A stretch of DNA of 64,000 bases, taken from Nanobdellota archaeon (GTDB taxonomy: Archaea; Aenigmatarchaeota; Aenigmatarchaeia; Aenigmatarchaeales; Aenigmatarchaeaceae). Shown here piece by piece: positions 49,136 to 58,374 of this stretch. The DNA lies in NCBI GenBank assembly GCA_018901755.1, contig JAHIDZ010000015.1, forward strand, positions 65,079-129,078, written 5' to 3'. The first letter of the stretch is position 1, and every line of letters starts with the position of its first letter. A model generated the notes under the pieces. The model was not told the origin of the DNA, ran no database searches, and was given only the letters and a program-made list of their open reading frames with translations. Position numbers and translations under genes: made by a program.

Positions 49136-50263
49136 TTGTGCATGATAAAATCTTTTAAACAGTATGTTCAATTGGCTCCTATTATAGGGAAGATACATTA
49201 TTGGGATTTACCAAAGGAAATAACGATAAACTTAAAAACTAAGGAAAAAATGAAGTTAAAAAATTTATTAAATCTTTATGGAAAAGATAAATATATAGAA
49301 AAGAAAATTGAAGCTATTTCCCACGCAGGAAATAAAATGCATATATCTTTTCCACTGAAATTAAGAAATATTGATTATGTTAAGTTGTACGCATTAATGA
49401 TTTCCGAAGGATACTTTAAAAGAGAATTTAGTATACATGTTCCAGAAGAAGAATTTCATAGTATATTTAAAAATACATTGAAAAATATTTTTAATCAAAA
49501 TGTTATAAATGCACAAAATTTAGTAGTTAGCTGTTTCAAAACAAGAGCTACAAAATTTATTAGATATCTAATTCCTATACCAGAGTATATTCCACGGTTT
49601 ATAGTTAAAAGTAAAGATTATTCTAGAGAATATCTAAAGATAGCATTTGAAGCAGAAGCCTATCCGCATTACTCCACGCCAAGGACTGGTATTAAGAGAT
49701 ATATTAAACTTGCTCGTTCTGTTGATATATCTGACATAGCAAAAGAAGTTAAATATGAAGAAAGTAAAAGAATTTCGTTTGGTAAATTAAAAAGAGAATA
49801 TCCTGCAATTATAAAAAAAATAGATAAAAGACCACCAGTCACTCTTCTAGGAGAATATTATATGTTACAGGAGCATTTTAATATATTCAGTGTTATGAAG
49901 CCTGATTCGTTGAGAGTAAATAAAACTGAATATAAACGTGGTAAAATTAGTATGAGATGGTGTCTCTATATTTATAGCGATTCCCTAGACAAATTTATAC
50001 GCGAAATCAATTTCATAACAAAGCGGAAGAAATTAATAACAGCAAAAATGAAAAAGGTTAAAGGACAAAAAAGAAAATTTTCCACGGTAAAAATAATGAA
50101 ATTGGTTTCAAAGAATAATATTTTTATAACTAAAGATGTTGTAAAGAAAATGAAAGAATTAGGATATAAGAGTCCATATTCCTTTATATGGAAATATAAT
50201 AAAAGAGGAATTATTAAAAAAATCTCAAGGGGGAAATATAAAATTATTTATCAATTAAAATAG
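49136..50263 (+). CDS. LAGLIDADG-like endonuclease domain protein with a C-terminal wHTH-like tail (permuted domain order)
   Basis: Degenerate LAGLIDADG motifs LYALMISEGYF and LKIAFEAEAYP. C-terminal KDVVKKMKELGYKSPYSFIWKYNKRGII. Confidence 0.5.
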   Translation: MCMIKSFKQYVQLAPIIGKIHYWDLPKEITINLKTKEKMKLKNLLNLYGKDKYIEKKIEAISHAGNKMHISFPLKLRNIDYVKLYALMISEGYFKREFSIHVPEEEFHSIFKNTLKNIFNQNVINAQNLVVSCFKTRATKFIRYLIPIPEYIPRFIVKSKDYSREYLKIAFEAEAYPHYSTPRTGIKRYIKLARSVDISDIAKEVKYEESKRISFGKLKREYPAIIKKIDKRPPVTLLGEYYMLQEHFNIFSVMKPDSLRVNKTEYKRGKISMRWCLYIYSDSLDKFIREINFITKRKKLITAKMKKVKGQKRKFSTVKIMKLVSKNNIFITKDVVKKMKELGYKSPYSFIWKYNKRGIIKKISRGKYKIIYQLK

Positions 50264-50930
50264 ATTCTTCAATAATTAGTTCTCCACTTTGTGTGTTTTT
50301 TTGCCATATTTTTTTAGACTTCAGAATTTTTATTCTTTTCTTGAATAATGAGCAATCTAATACCAGTGTTTCATATTCACCGCCTTCTCCTATTACACAT
50401 GTATAACACATGTCATGTAAATTTGTTAGCTCAACAACAGCTGTTTTATCTATCTTTCTACCAAGCCATTCTTTTCCAAGTCCGCCAGCAGCAACAGCAG
50501 TAATTATTATTTCAAACCCAACATCTATCATATTTTTCCATAATTTATTCGGTTCCATACCCCATAATGGAGTTAGTGATTTTAAATCAAGTTCATTGCA
50601 TATTTTTTCAATTCTATCTTTTTGATATTTTGAAGCAATTGCACCAGAAACAACACCTTCTATTTCATATTTTTCTTTAGCTTCTATGATGACATTTTTG
50701 AGATCTTCTAATTCTTCCTCTTTAATACCTTTTGTTTCTTCGAATATAATTGGTATACCCATTAACACTGCCTGTTCTTTTACAAGGTTAATTCCAGGTA
50801 CATGGAACATATATGATTCTGGATTTTCTGATTTCATTGTTACGATTACTGAAATTTCATGTTCTTTTTTGGCTAAGAATAATGAATATATTGAGTCTTT
50901 ACCACCAGACACAAGAGCTGCAAGTTTCAT
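50244..50930 (-). CDS. diphthine-ammonia ligase / PP-loop ATP pyrophosphatase (Dph6/MJ0570-like)
   Basis: SGGKDS PP-loop at the N-terminus. Overall alpha/beta ATPase pattern with EGGEYETLVLD. Confidence 0.72.
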   Translation of the reverse strand: MKLAALVSGGKDSIYSLFLAKKEHEISVIVTMKSENPESYMFHVPGINLVKEQAVLMGIPIIFEETKGIKEEELEDLKNVIIEAKEKYEIEGVVSGAIASKYQKDRIEKICNELDLKSLTPLWGMEPNKLWKNMIDVGFEIIITAVAAGGLGKEWLGRKIDKTAVVELTNLHDMCYTCVIGEGGEYETLVLDCSLFKKRIKILKSKKIWQKNTQSGELIIEESILIDK

Positions 50931-51208
50931 AGGTTTATTGTTGAGCGTTAGGTTTATATATCTTAATTTCCTATGATTGATATGTCAGGGTTCGATTTAC
51001 TCGGAAAAAAGGGTGAAGCAAGAGGTTACCCATGTAAAGATGATTATGATAAAAGAATATCTCATCTTAATAGTATGGTGCCACGGAACACATACACTGG
51101 CAATGATGACAAGCTTGGCGACGGATTTTAGTTCTAAAAAGCCTTTATAAATAGCCTTTAAATACCTTGATTAGCTATATTTATATACTATTTAAAGGAG
51201 GTTTTAAG

Positions 51209-51757
51209 ATGGGTTTTAGGATAAAAATCGAAAATGTTGTTGCGTCGGCTTCTTTCAATATTCCAATAAAACTTGAAAAGATTGTTTCTTCATTGGAAGG
51301 CATTGAATATGAACCTGAACAGTTTCCAGGTTTAGTTATGAGATTAGCTGAACCAAAGGTAGCTGCATTAATATTTTCTTCGGGAAAAACAGTTTGTACA
51401 GGAGCTAAATCACCGAAAGATTCAAAGATAGCGATTGGTAAGATAGTTGTAAAGCTTAGAAAAATTGGATTTAAAATTCCACCTAATTATAAAGTGAAGT
51501 TAGAAAATATTGTTGCTTCAGCTAAACTAGATCAGTTATTGAATTTAGACATGATTGCATTCTCATTAGTTAATACAGAATATGAACCAGAACAATTCCC
51601 AGGATTAGTGTATAGAATGGATGATCCGAAAGTTACATTTCTTCTATTTGGTAGTGGAAAAATAATTTGCACTGGTGGACGTAGTATAGCAGATGTTAAA
51701 AGAGCAGTAGAAAAGATAGATAAAAGACTAAAAGAACTCGTAAAAAATAAGAAATAA
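51209..51757 (+). CDS. tbp: TATA-box binding protein
   Basis: Two TBP repeats (IENVVASA...FPGLVMRL...K.AALIFSSGK.VCTGAKS and IVASAKL...FPGLVYRMD.PKVTFLLFGSGKIICTGG). AGGAGG lies 7 nt upstream of the ATG at 51209. The track ORF starts earlier at 51167. Confidence 0.9.
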   Translation: MGFRIKIENVVASASFNIPIKLEKIVSSLEGIEYEPEQFPGLVMRLAEPKVAALIFSSGKTVCTGAKSPKDSKIAIGKIVVKLRKIGFKIPPNYKVKLENIVASAKLDQLLNLDMIAFSLVNTEYEPEQFPGLVYRMDDPKVTFLLFGSGKIICTGGRSIADVKRAVEKIDKRLKELVKNKK

Positions 51758-51792
51758 GGGATATAAATAATTTTAGGTTCAATTAGAAGTAG

Positions 51793-53796
51793 GTGCATTT
51801 TATGGAAATGGAGAAATTTGAAGAGTTTTTCAGGCAATTTTATGAGAAAGATTTAATGGCAGCAGCAGCGCTCGGAGAAAAGTCAATACTAGTTGATTTT
51901 TCTCTTTTAGATAAATTTGATCCTATACTTGCTGATAAACTTTTGAATGATCCAGACGAGATTATAGAACAGGCTAGATTGGCAATACGAAATATAGATT
52001 TGCCAGAAGGTTCTATAAAGATTGAACCACGATTTTTGAATTTTCCACAACAGCAGAATATTAGAATTAGGAATTTGCGTTCAGAACATATTGGTAAATT
52101 TATGTCTATCGATGGTATAGTAAGACTGGCTTCTGAGGTTTTGCCACAAATTGAATGTGGTGTTTATGAGTGTATGGATTGTGGATATAAGACGGAAGTT
52201 AAACCAACAGATAAAATGTTAGCTCCACCTATGTCGTGTGATAAGTGTAATAGACGTGGGAGATTCGATCTTGTTTCTAAAAAACTTTATGATTTTAGAA
52301 TGATAAAAATCGAAGAACCGTTTGAAATCGCAAGTGGTGAAAAATCATGTCAGCTTCGAGTATTTTTAAAAGAAGATTTAACGTCTCCAGAACTTCAGAG
52401 AAAACATGATCCCGGAAATAGACTGAGAATAAATGGTATTCTTCGTGAACAGAAAAGAATAACAAAAGGAAAAATGAGTACAACTCTTGAATTGTTCCTT
52501 GATGCAAATAACATAGAAGCTACAGAAATAGAATGGGACGAAGTTGATGTTAATGATGCTGATGTAAAAAAGATTAAAGAATTATCTGTAGATCCACTAG
52601 TGTTTAGAAAAATAGTTAATTCAATCGCGCCGTCAATTTATGGACTTGATAGAATTAAAGAAGCAATTGCTTTACAAATGTTTAGTGGTGTGCCACACGT
52701 GCTTAATGATGGTGTTAGAATAAGAGGAGATATTCATGTTCTATTACTTGGTGATCCGTCAACTGCAAAATCTCAAATATTAAAATTAATTTCAAAAGTT
52801 ATGCCACGTGGAAAATATGTCAGTGGTAAAGGGTCAAGTGCTGCAGGTTTGACAGCTACTGTTGTTAAGGACGAAGAACTAACTGGTGGTTGGATATTAG
52901 AAGCAGGTGCAATGGTTCTTGCTAATAAATCTTTAATTTCTATTGATGAGTTTGATAAAATTGCTAAAGAAGATATGGTAGCACTTCACGAAGCAATGTC
53001 AATACAGACCATTTCTATCGCGAAAGCATCTATAATAGCAACACTACCGGCACAGGTTTCTGTTTTAGCTGGTGCAAATCCTAAATTATCGAGATTTGAT
53101 AAATTCAAACCAGTATCTCAACAAACAGATATACCTGAAACAATTTTGTCTAGATTTGATTTGAAATTTGTTTTAAAAGATATACCAGATAAGGACATGG
53201 ATCGAAGACTTGCAGATCACATTGTTTCTACTAGATTAAATCCTGAAACAACAGTACCAGAACTGGGTTCTGGTTTCATAAGAAAATATGTTGCCTATGC
53301 TAGAAAATATTGCAAACCTGAAATGACAAAAGAATCTGCAAATAAAATGGCACAATTTTATGTTGACATGCGTGCTAAATCTACACCCGATTCATTAGCA
53401 ATTACACTTAGACAGAATGAAGCTTTAATGAGATTGGCTGAAGCATCTGCTAAAATCAGATTATCTCCTACAGTTGAAGTACAGGATGCAGATAGAGCCA
53501 TTAGTATAATGGAATATTCTATAAATGAACTTGGTTATGATGCTGAGACGGGAAAAATTGATATTGATAGAATGAATGAAAAAACATCATCGACTCAACG
53601 AGCAAAGATACACACAATACTTGATATTATTGAAATGCTTGGTAAGAAAATAGGAATACCTACACCAAGAGAAGAAATAATTGCTGCGGCTGAAGATAGA
53701 GGAATATCTACAAAAGATGTAGAAGAATTATTATTTAGATTAAAGAAAGAAGGATTTACATTTGAACCAAAACCTAATTTTATACAAAAGATATGA
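51793..53796 (+). CDS. mcm: MCM replicative helicase, no intein
   Basis: Zinc finger C-x2-C...C-x2-C, Walker A (LLLGDPSTAKSQ), Walker B (IDEFDK), arginine finger (SRFDL) and a C-terminal wH. Confidence 0.92.
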   Translation: MHFMEMEKFEEFFRQFYEKDLMAAAALGEKSILVDFSLLDKFDPILADKLLNDPDEIIEQARLAIRNIDLPEGSIKIEPRFLNFPQQQNIRIRNLRSEHIGKFMSIDGIVRLASEVLPQIECGVYECMDCGYKTEVKPTDKMLAPPMSCDKCNRRGRFDLVSKKLYDFRMIKIEEPFEIASGEKSCQLRVFLKEDLTSPELQRKHDPGNRLRINGILREQKRITKGKMSTTLELFLDANNIEATEIEWDEVDVNDADVKKIKELSVDPLVFRKIVNSIAPSIYGLDRIKEAIALQMFSGVPHVLNDGVRIRGDIHVLLLGDPSTAKSQILKLISKVMPRGKYVSGKGSSAAGLTATVVKDEELTGGWILEAGAMVLANKSLISIDEFDKIAKEDMVALHEAMSIQTISIAKASIIATLPAQVSVLAGANPKLSRFDKFKPVSQQTDIPETILSRFDLKFVLKDIPDKDMDRRLADHIVSTRLNPETTVPELGSGFIRKYVAYARKYCKPEMTKESANKMAQFYVDMRAKSTPDSLAITLRQNEALMRLAEASAKIRLSPTVEVQDADRAISIMEYSINELGYDAETGKIDIDRMNEKTSSTQRAKIHTILDIIEMLGKKIGIPTPREEIIAAAEDRGISTKDVEELLFRLKKEGFTFEPKPNFIQKI

Positions 53797-54518
53797 TTTT
53801 TATGGAGACAAGAAGAATAACTTCAAAAAAAGCATCAATCGAAGAAATTGTTAATGGAAAATTTGTAAAGAAAACTGGTTTTGAAAGTAGTTATGTTTTA
53901 ACAGATCTTGGAAGAAAACTTTCTAGAGTTAGAATACTTGCATTAATTGTTGATAAATACATTAAGGATGGTTCTAATTATGGTGCAATTACTTTAGATG
54001 ATGGTACAGAGACGGTAAGATGTAAAGTATTTGTAAGTGTCAAAATATTTGATAATTTAACAAAAGGAGATCTGGTAGACATATTTGGCAAATTGAAAGA
54101 ATATAATGATGAAGTTTACATAATGCCTGAAATAATTAGAAAAGCTGATTCTAATCTTGAAGCTCTCAGACTTTTAGAAATAGAACAAGTTCACAAATAT
54201 CAGAATGAATTGATAAATAAGATAAAATCATTAGAGACGCGAGATGTGAATGAATTGAAAATACTTCTGAAAGATTTAAAAGGAGAAGATATTGAATCGA
54301 TAATAGAATCTGAATGTTTGGAAATAGTTAAACCAGAAGTTAAGTTAAATGAAAAAGATACAATTATGAATATAATTAAAGAGAATGATGGAATTGATTA
54401 TCTTTCAATTATACAAAAATCTGGTTTCGATGAGAATGTGGTTGATCAGATTGTTCAAGATTTCTTAGAGAAGAGAATATGTTTTGAACCATCTCCTGGT
54501 GTGATTAAAGTTTTATAA
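53793..54518 (+). CDS. OB-fold plus C-terminal winged-helix protein, RPA32-like
   Basis: Central OB fold (RVRILALIVDK...ITLDDGTETVRCKVF) and an RPA32-like C-terminal wH. 4-nt overlap with the mcm stop. Confidence 0.45.
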   Translation: MIFMETRRITSKKASIEEIVNGKFVKKTGFESSYVLTDLGRKLSRVRILALIVDKYIKDGSNYGAITLDDGTETVRCKVFVSVKIFDNLTKGDLVDIFGKLKEYNDEVYIMPEIIRKADSNLEALRLLEIEQVHKYQNELINKIKSLETRDVNELKILLKDLKGEDIESIIESECLEIVKPEVKLNEKDTIMNIIKENDGIDYLSIIQKSGFDENVVDQIVQDFLEKRICFEPSPGVIKVL

Positions 54519-54540
54519 GTCTTAATTATATATTATTCTT

Positions 54541-54942
54541 ATGAATTACGAAGAACTATTGAATAAAGCATTTGATAAGCTTCCTAAGATTAAGGATTCT
54601 GGAGAAAGATTTGAGATACCTAAAATAGATTTGATGATTGAAGGAAGCACTACAATAATAAAGAATTTTGTTCAAGTGTCAAATACTCTTAGAAGAGAAC
54701 CAGAGCATATGCTAAAGTTTCTTACAAAAGAACTAGCAGCACCTGGTGCAATAAAACAACAAAGAGCTGTTTTTACAGCTAGATTAACACCAAACGCTGT
54801 ACAGCAAAAATTAGAATTATATGTTAGAGATTATGTTATTTGTAAAGAATGTAAAAGACCAGATACGAAATTAGTCAAAGAAAATAGAATAACTATTTTG
54901 ACTTGTGAAGCATGCGGAGCAAAATATGGTGTTAAAGGATGA
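54541..54942 (+). CDS. eif2b: translation initiation factor 2 subunit beta (aIF-2 beta)
   Basis: C-terminal C4 zinc ribbon CKECKRPDT...CEACG. Conserved central helix (TIIKNF...EHMLKFL). Confidence 0.85.
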   Translation: MNYEELLNKAFDKLPKIKDSGERFEIPKIDLMIEGSTTIIKNFVQVSNTLRREPEHMLKFLTKELAAPGAIKQQRAVFTARLTPNAVQQKLELYVRDYVICKECKRPDTKLVKENRITILTCEACGAKYGVKG

Positions 54943-55304
54943 AGGGTCAATTTTTTATAATATCAACAGTAATAATGATTTCTGCACTTATTTTGATAAT
55001 GAATTATCTTTATGATTATGGTAAAGTTGATTTAAGCAACGTCGAAAAGATGCAGGAATTAAATTATATCGGTGATGTGAAAAATAGTTTAATGCAAACA
55101 TTGCAAATATCATGTGCTAATTCTCAGAATCCAGAAATGAATCTTGTTCTTTCGGAGAAGAATCTTAAAGAAAGATTATTAGAACGTGGTATAGTTCTTG
55201 AAGTGGCTCATACTAATGTAGGATGCAACCCAGAACCAGTAGGAGATATTACTTTTAAGATTAAATCAAATACTTTTTCTATAGAAAATAGTTTTTCAGT
55301 CTAA
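54939..55304 (+). CDS. small secreted/membrane protein with a possible class III (type IV pilin-like) signal peptide
   Basis: MKG|QFFIISTVIMISALILIM: a short basic leader, Gly, then Gln followed by a hydrophobic helix. Confidence 0.35.
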   Translation: MKGQFFIISTVIMISALILIMNYLYDYGKVDLSNVEKMQELNYIGDVKNSLMQTLQISCANSQNPEMNLVLSEKNLKERLLERGIVLEVAHTNVGCNPEPVGDITFKIKSNTFSIENSFSV

Positions 55305-56384
55305 GCCCGTTATTATTTTAAGATATGGCAGTTGAGTTTTTATGCACCTTTTTGAGCAATGCAACTCTTGCGCTAATTTACCATGTGTTTCATTATTTTC
55401 AGCTCTATCTTCTTTGCTTTTACCGAGTATCATGATTTTTTCTGGAGGCTTATATGGTGTGTATGAATTGTCTTTTCTTATTAGTGTCATAGATACCATC
55501 ATGTTTTTCATATATAATAACATTCTGTAGTTTTTTCCAACATAAACTTTTTCTCTAAACATATCTGCTTTACTAAGTATATCAAATGCGAATGCAATTT
55601 CTTCAGGTTTTTTATATTCGTTTGTAATATTTTGTTCCATCCACCAAAAGATTTCTTCAATATCTTTATCACAAGAATCAATTGCTTTTGAGGCATCATT
55701 GAGACTATTAGATTTGAATATTATTCTAATAGCTTCGAAAATGTTTATACCTCTTTCTCTGAATCCAATTATTTCAGTATGTGTTACTTTTTTTCTATTA
55801 GTTATTATTATTTGTAGATCATTTATTGCAGATCTTAAATCTCCGCCAGAACTTTCTGCTATTCTTACAATTATATCATTGTCTACTTCTACACCTTCTT
55901 TAGCACATATTTCTCTTAGTTTTTTACCAATTGATAATGTTCCAATTCTTCTAAATTGAATTAATGTGCAGTAGCCTCTTAATGTTCTGAGACCTTTATC
56001 ATATGCATCGTTAGCAGTAAGTATTACAGGAAATTTGCTGGTTTTAATAAGATTTATTATTTCAGTAACAGTTCCTTTGTCAGTATAATTATCAATTTCA
56101 TCTACAACTATTATTCTTTTTGCACCAAGCAGAGACATCATTGTTGAAGATGATTTTATTTTTTTTACTTCTTCTATTTCAGATGCGTGAACTTCGGTTA
56201 TATTTATTTTATTATCAATTGATATTACCTGTGATATAATTGTTTTTCCAATACCAGGTGCACCATAAAGAAGAATCGCTTTTCCAGTTTTGAATGTTTT
56301 AATATATTCTACAATATTTGCCAAAGCTGTAGAATTTCCAACAATGTCTGATACTTTTTTTGGTTTATATCTGTTTACTAACAT
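55296..56384 (-). CDS. rfcL: replication factor C large subunit
   Basis: NRYKPKKVSDIVGN, Walker A GAPGIGKT, Walker B VVDEID and SRC-like region. The start overlaps the stop of the upstream LAGLIDADG gene by 7 nt. Confidence 0.8.
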   Translation of the reverse strand: MLVNRYKPKKVSDIVGNSTALANIVEYIKTFKTGKAILLYGAPGIGKTIISQVISIDNKINITEVHASEIEEVKKIKSSSTMMSLLGAKRIIVVDEIDNYTDKGTVTEIINLIKTSKFPVILTANDAYDKGLRTLRGYCTLIQFRRIGTLSIGKKLREICAKEGVEVDNDIIVRIAESSGGDLRSAINDLQIIITNRKKVTHTEIIGFRERGINIFEAIRIIFKSNSLNDASKAIDSCDKDIEEIFWWMEQNITNEYKKPEEIAFAFDILSKADMFREKVYVGKNYRMLLYMKNMMVSMTLIRKDNSYTPYKPPEKIMILGKSKEDRAENNETHGKLAQELHCSKRCIKTQLPYLKIITGLD

Positions 56385-57373
56385 CGTGATACCCCTACTA
56401 TTGCTCTCATATTATTTGCTCTTTTAATACGGTTTGGATGTTGCAATGGCGTATTGTTTAAAAATGTAGGAATAGAATCAACCTTTAAAGAAAAATCGTA
56501 TGTGATACCAAATTCCTTTACCCTTGTAGATATCTTTCCAGATTGCATATTCAAGCGTTCGGTAAATAATTTTAATTCTTCTAGAAACATTCTGTCTGCT
56601 TGGGCGAATATAATTTTTTTATCGGGTTCATATATACAACCATCGGCATCGAAAAACCCTGCGATAAAGGCATTTTTGATTTCTTTTGAACCATTATATA
56701 TAATATCCGGTATTTTTAGTTGTCCTTTCTTTTTACCCATTGGTATACCGCATATTTTATTAAGAAAAATAAACAACACCTTAGACTGTATGTAAATTTC
56801 AAAGCATTTGGAATTTGTTTTATATATATTAGCTTTCAAATCAAATTGATTATTGATAAATTTGTTGAATTTATTAGCAAATTTTACCGTGTCTGAAGCT
56901 ATTTCAATCATGTATTTGAAATTTCCAGTTCTCATTTTTGGTTTCCATATATCTACAAGACAACCATCACCTATGATATAACCGATAATGTATGACAGTT
57001 CTTCTGTAATTTCTTTTGGAAGTTTTACTATTTTACCCTTAGCCACAGAAAAATACTCATTTTCTTTGAATGCAGATTCAATTATTTTGTTTTTTTCATC
57101 TTCTGATTTTCTGCAAACTCCTTTCCAAATATTTATTAGTTGAAAGAATTTCGATATGGGTATTGGTGAAGTTCCGTTAATCCAATTTGAAACTGTTCTC
57201 CTCGGAACGCCAAAAGACATCGTTGTAAGTTTAATAATTCCCTTCCCATGCTCCTTCTTTATTTCAGAATATAAATTTTTAGTTATGTTACTTATATCAC
57301 ACATTCTAATTTCATCATTTCTATCGTAATTAGACAAAACCATAAAATAGTTTGGGATTTTAATAATTATCAC
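56378..57373 (-). CDS. HTH fused to a LAGLIDADG homing endonuclease-like domain; GTG start
   Basis: N-terminal HTH-like region (GVPRRTVSNWINGTSPIPISKFFQLI). LAGLIDADG motifs IIGYIIGDGCLV and FIAGFFDADGCIY. It sits between rfcS and rfcL. Confidence 0.8.
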   Translation of the reverse strand: MIIIKIPNYFMVLSNYDRNDEIRMCDISNITKNLYSEIKKEHGKGIIKLTTMSFGVPRRTVSNWINGTSPIPISKFFQLINIWKGVCRKSEDEKNKIIESAFKENEYFSVAKGKIVKLPKEITEELSYIIGYIIGDGCLVDIWKPKMRTGNFKYMIEIASDTVKFANKFNKFINNQFDLKANIYKTNSKCFEIYIQSKVLFIFLNKICGIPMGKKKGQLKIPDIIYNGSKEIKNAFIAGFFDADGCIYEPDKKIIFAQADRMFLEELKLFTERLNMQSGKISTRVKEFGITYDFSLKVDSIPTFLNNTPLQHPNRIKRANNMRAIVGVSRC

Positions 57374-57377
57374 CTAG

Positions 57378-58346
57378 TTATTCCTTTCTGAACAGTGCAA
57401 ATTGTGCAAGCAAACTTTCCAACTGTATTTGTTCATTACCACCTTGGTTGATTCTGAATTCAAATTCTCCAACCTTTTCAATAAGATTTACTTTTTCTTT
57501 TTCTGTTAAATCGATACTGTATATTTGCTGCATTATCTGTTTTATTATATCTTGCCCACAAATTCCATCTTTTAAAATCATATTATTTAAAATTTTTCTT
57601 GCTTCTAAGAAATTTCCTTTTAATGAAATTTCAAGCATATTTTTTACTTCTTTTGGCTCTGCGATTGAAGCTACATCATATATGGCTTTCTCGGTGATAT
57701 TTTTAGTATTAATTGCGGCAGTTTGAAGAATGTTTATTGCTTTTCTAATATCACCTTCAGATAATTTGCATATTGCATCTATTGCATCTGAATCTGCACT
57801 TACCTTTTCCATTCCGATTATCAGATCGAGCCGTTTCTTTATACTTTCATCTGAAATTGTTTTAAATCTAAAAACACAGCATCTAGACTGCAATGGTTCT
57901 ATTATTTTTGAAGAATAATTGCATGATAGGAAGAATCTGCACGAATTACTATAGCTTTCCATTGTTCTTCTTAGTGCATTTTGCGCGTCAGCTGTTAGTG
58001 CATCTGCTTCATCTAGAAATATTATTTTATACGGTATGTTTCCGACAGATTTTGTTCTTGCGAAATCTTTTACTTTTGATCTAATTACGTTAATTCCTCT
58101 TTCATCTGAAGAATTAAGTTCAAGGAAGTTCTGTCTCCAGTTGCTTCCAAATAGCTTTTTTGCTATTATTATTGATATTGTTGATTTACCACACCCGGCA
58201 GGTCCTGCGAACATTAGATGTGGGATTTGTCGAGAATCAACAAAAGCTGAGATTCTTTCAATTATGTTTTCTTGCCCAACAACATCTGAAAATTCAGTTG
58301 GTCTGTACTTTTCGGTCCATATTTGATATTCAGTCATAGTAATCAT
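57378..58346 (-). CDS. rfcS: replication factor C small subunit, no intein
   Basis: WTEKYRP, Walker A GPAGCGKST, DEAD-like FLDEADALT, and SRC motif (SRC in LQSRCCVFRF). Confidence 0.92.
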   Translation of the reverse strand: MITMTEYQIWTEKYRPTEFSDVVGQENIIERISAFVDSRQIPHLMFAGPAGCGKSTISIIIAKKLFGSNWRQNFLELNSSDERGINVIRSKVKDFARTKSVGNIPYKIIFLDEADALTADAQNALRRTMESYSNSCRFFLSCNYSSKIIEPLQSRCCVFRFKTISDESIKKRLDLIIGMEKVSADSDAIDAICKLSEGDIRKAINILQTAAINTKNITEKAIYDVASIAEPKEVKNMLEISLKGNFLEARKILNNMILKDGICGQDIIKQIMQQIYSIDLTEKEKVNLIEKVGEFEFRINQGGNEQIQLESLLAQFALFRKE

Positions 58347-58374
58347 CTATATATTTATAAGCAAACAATTTAAA

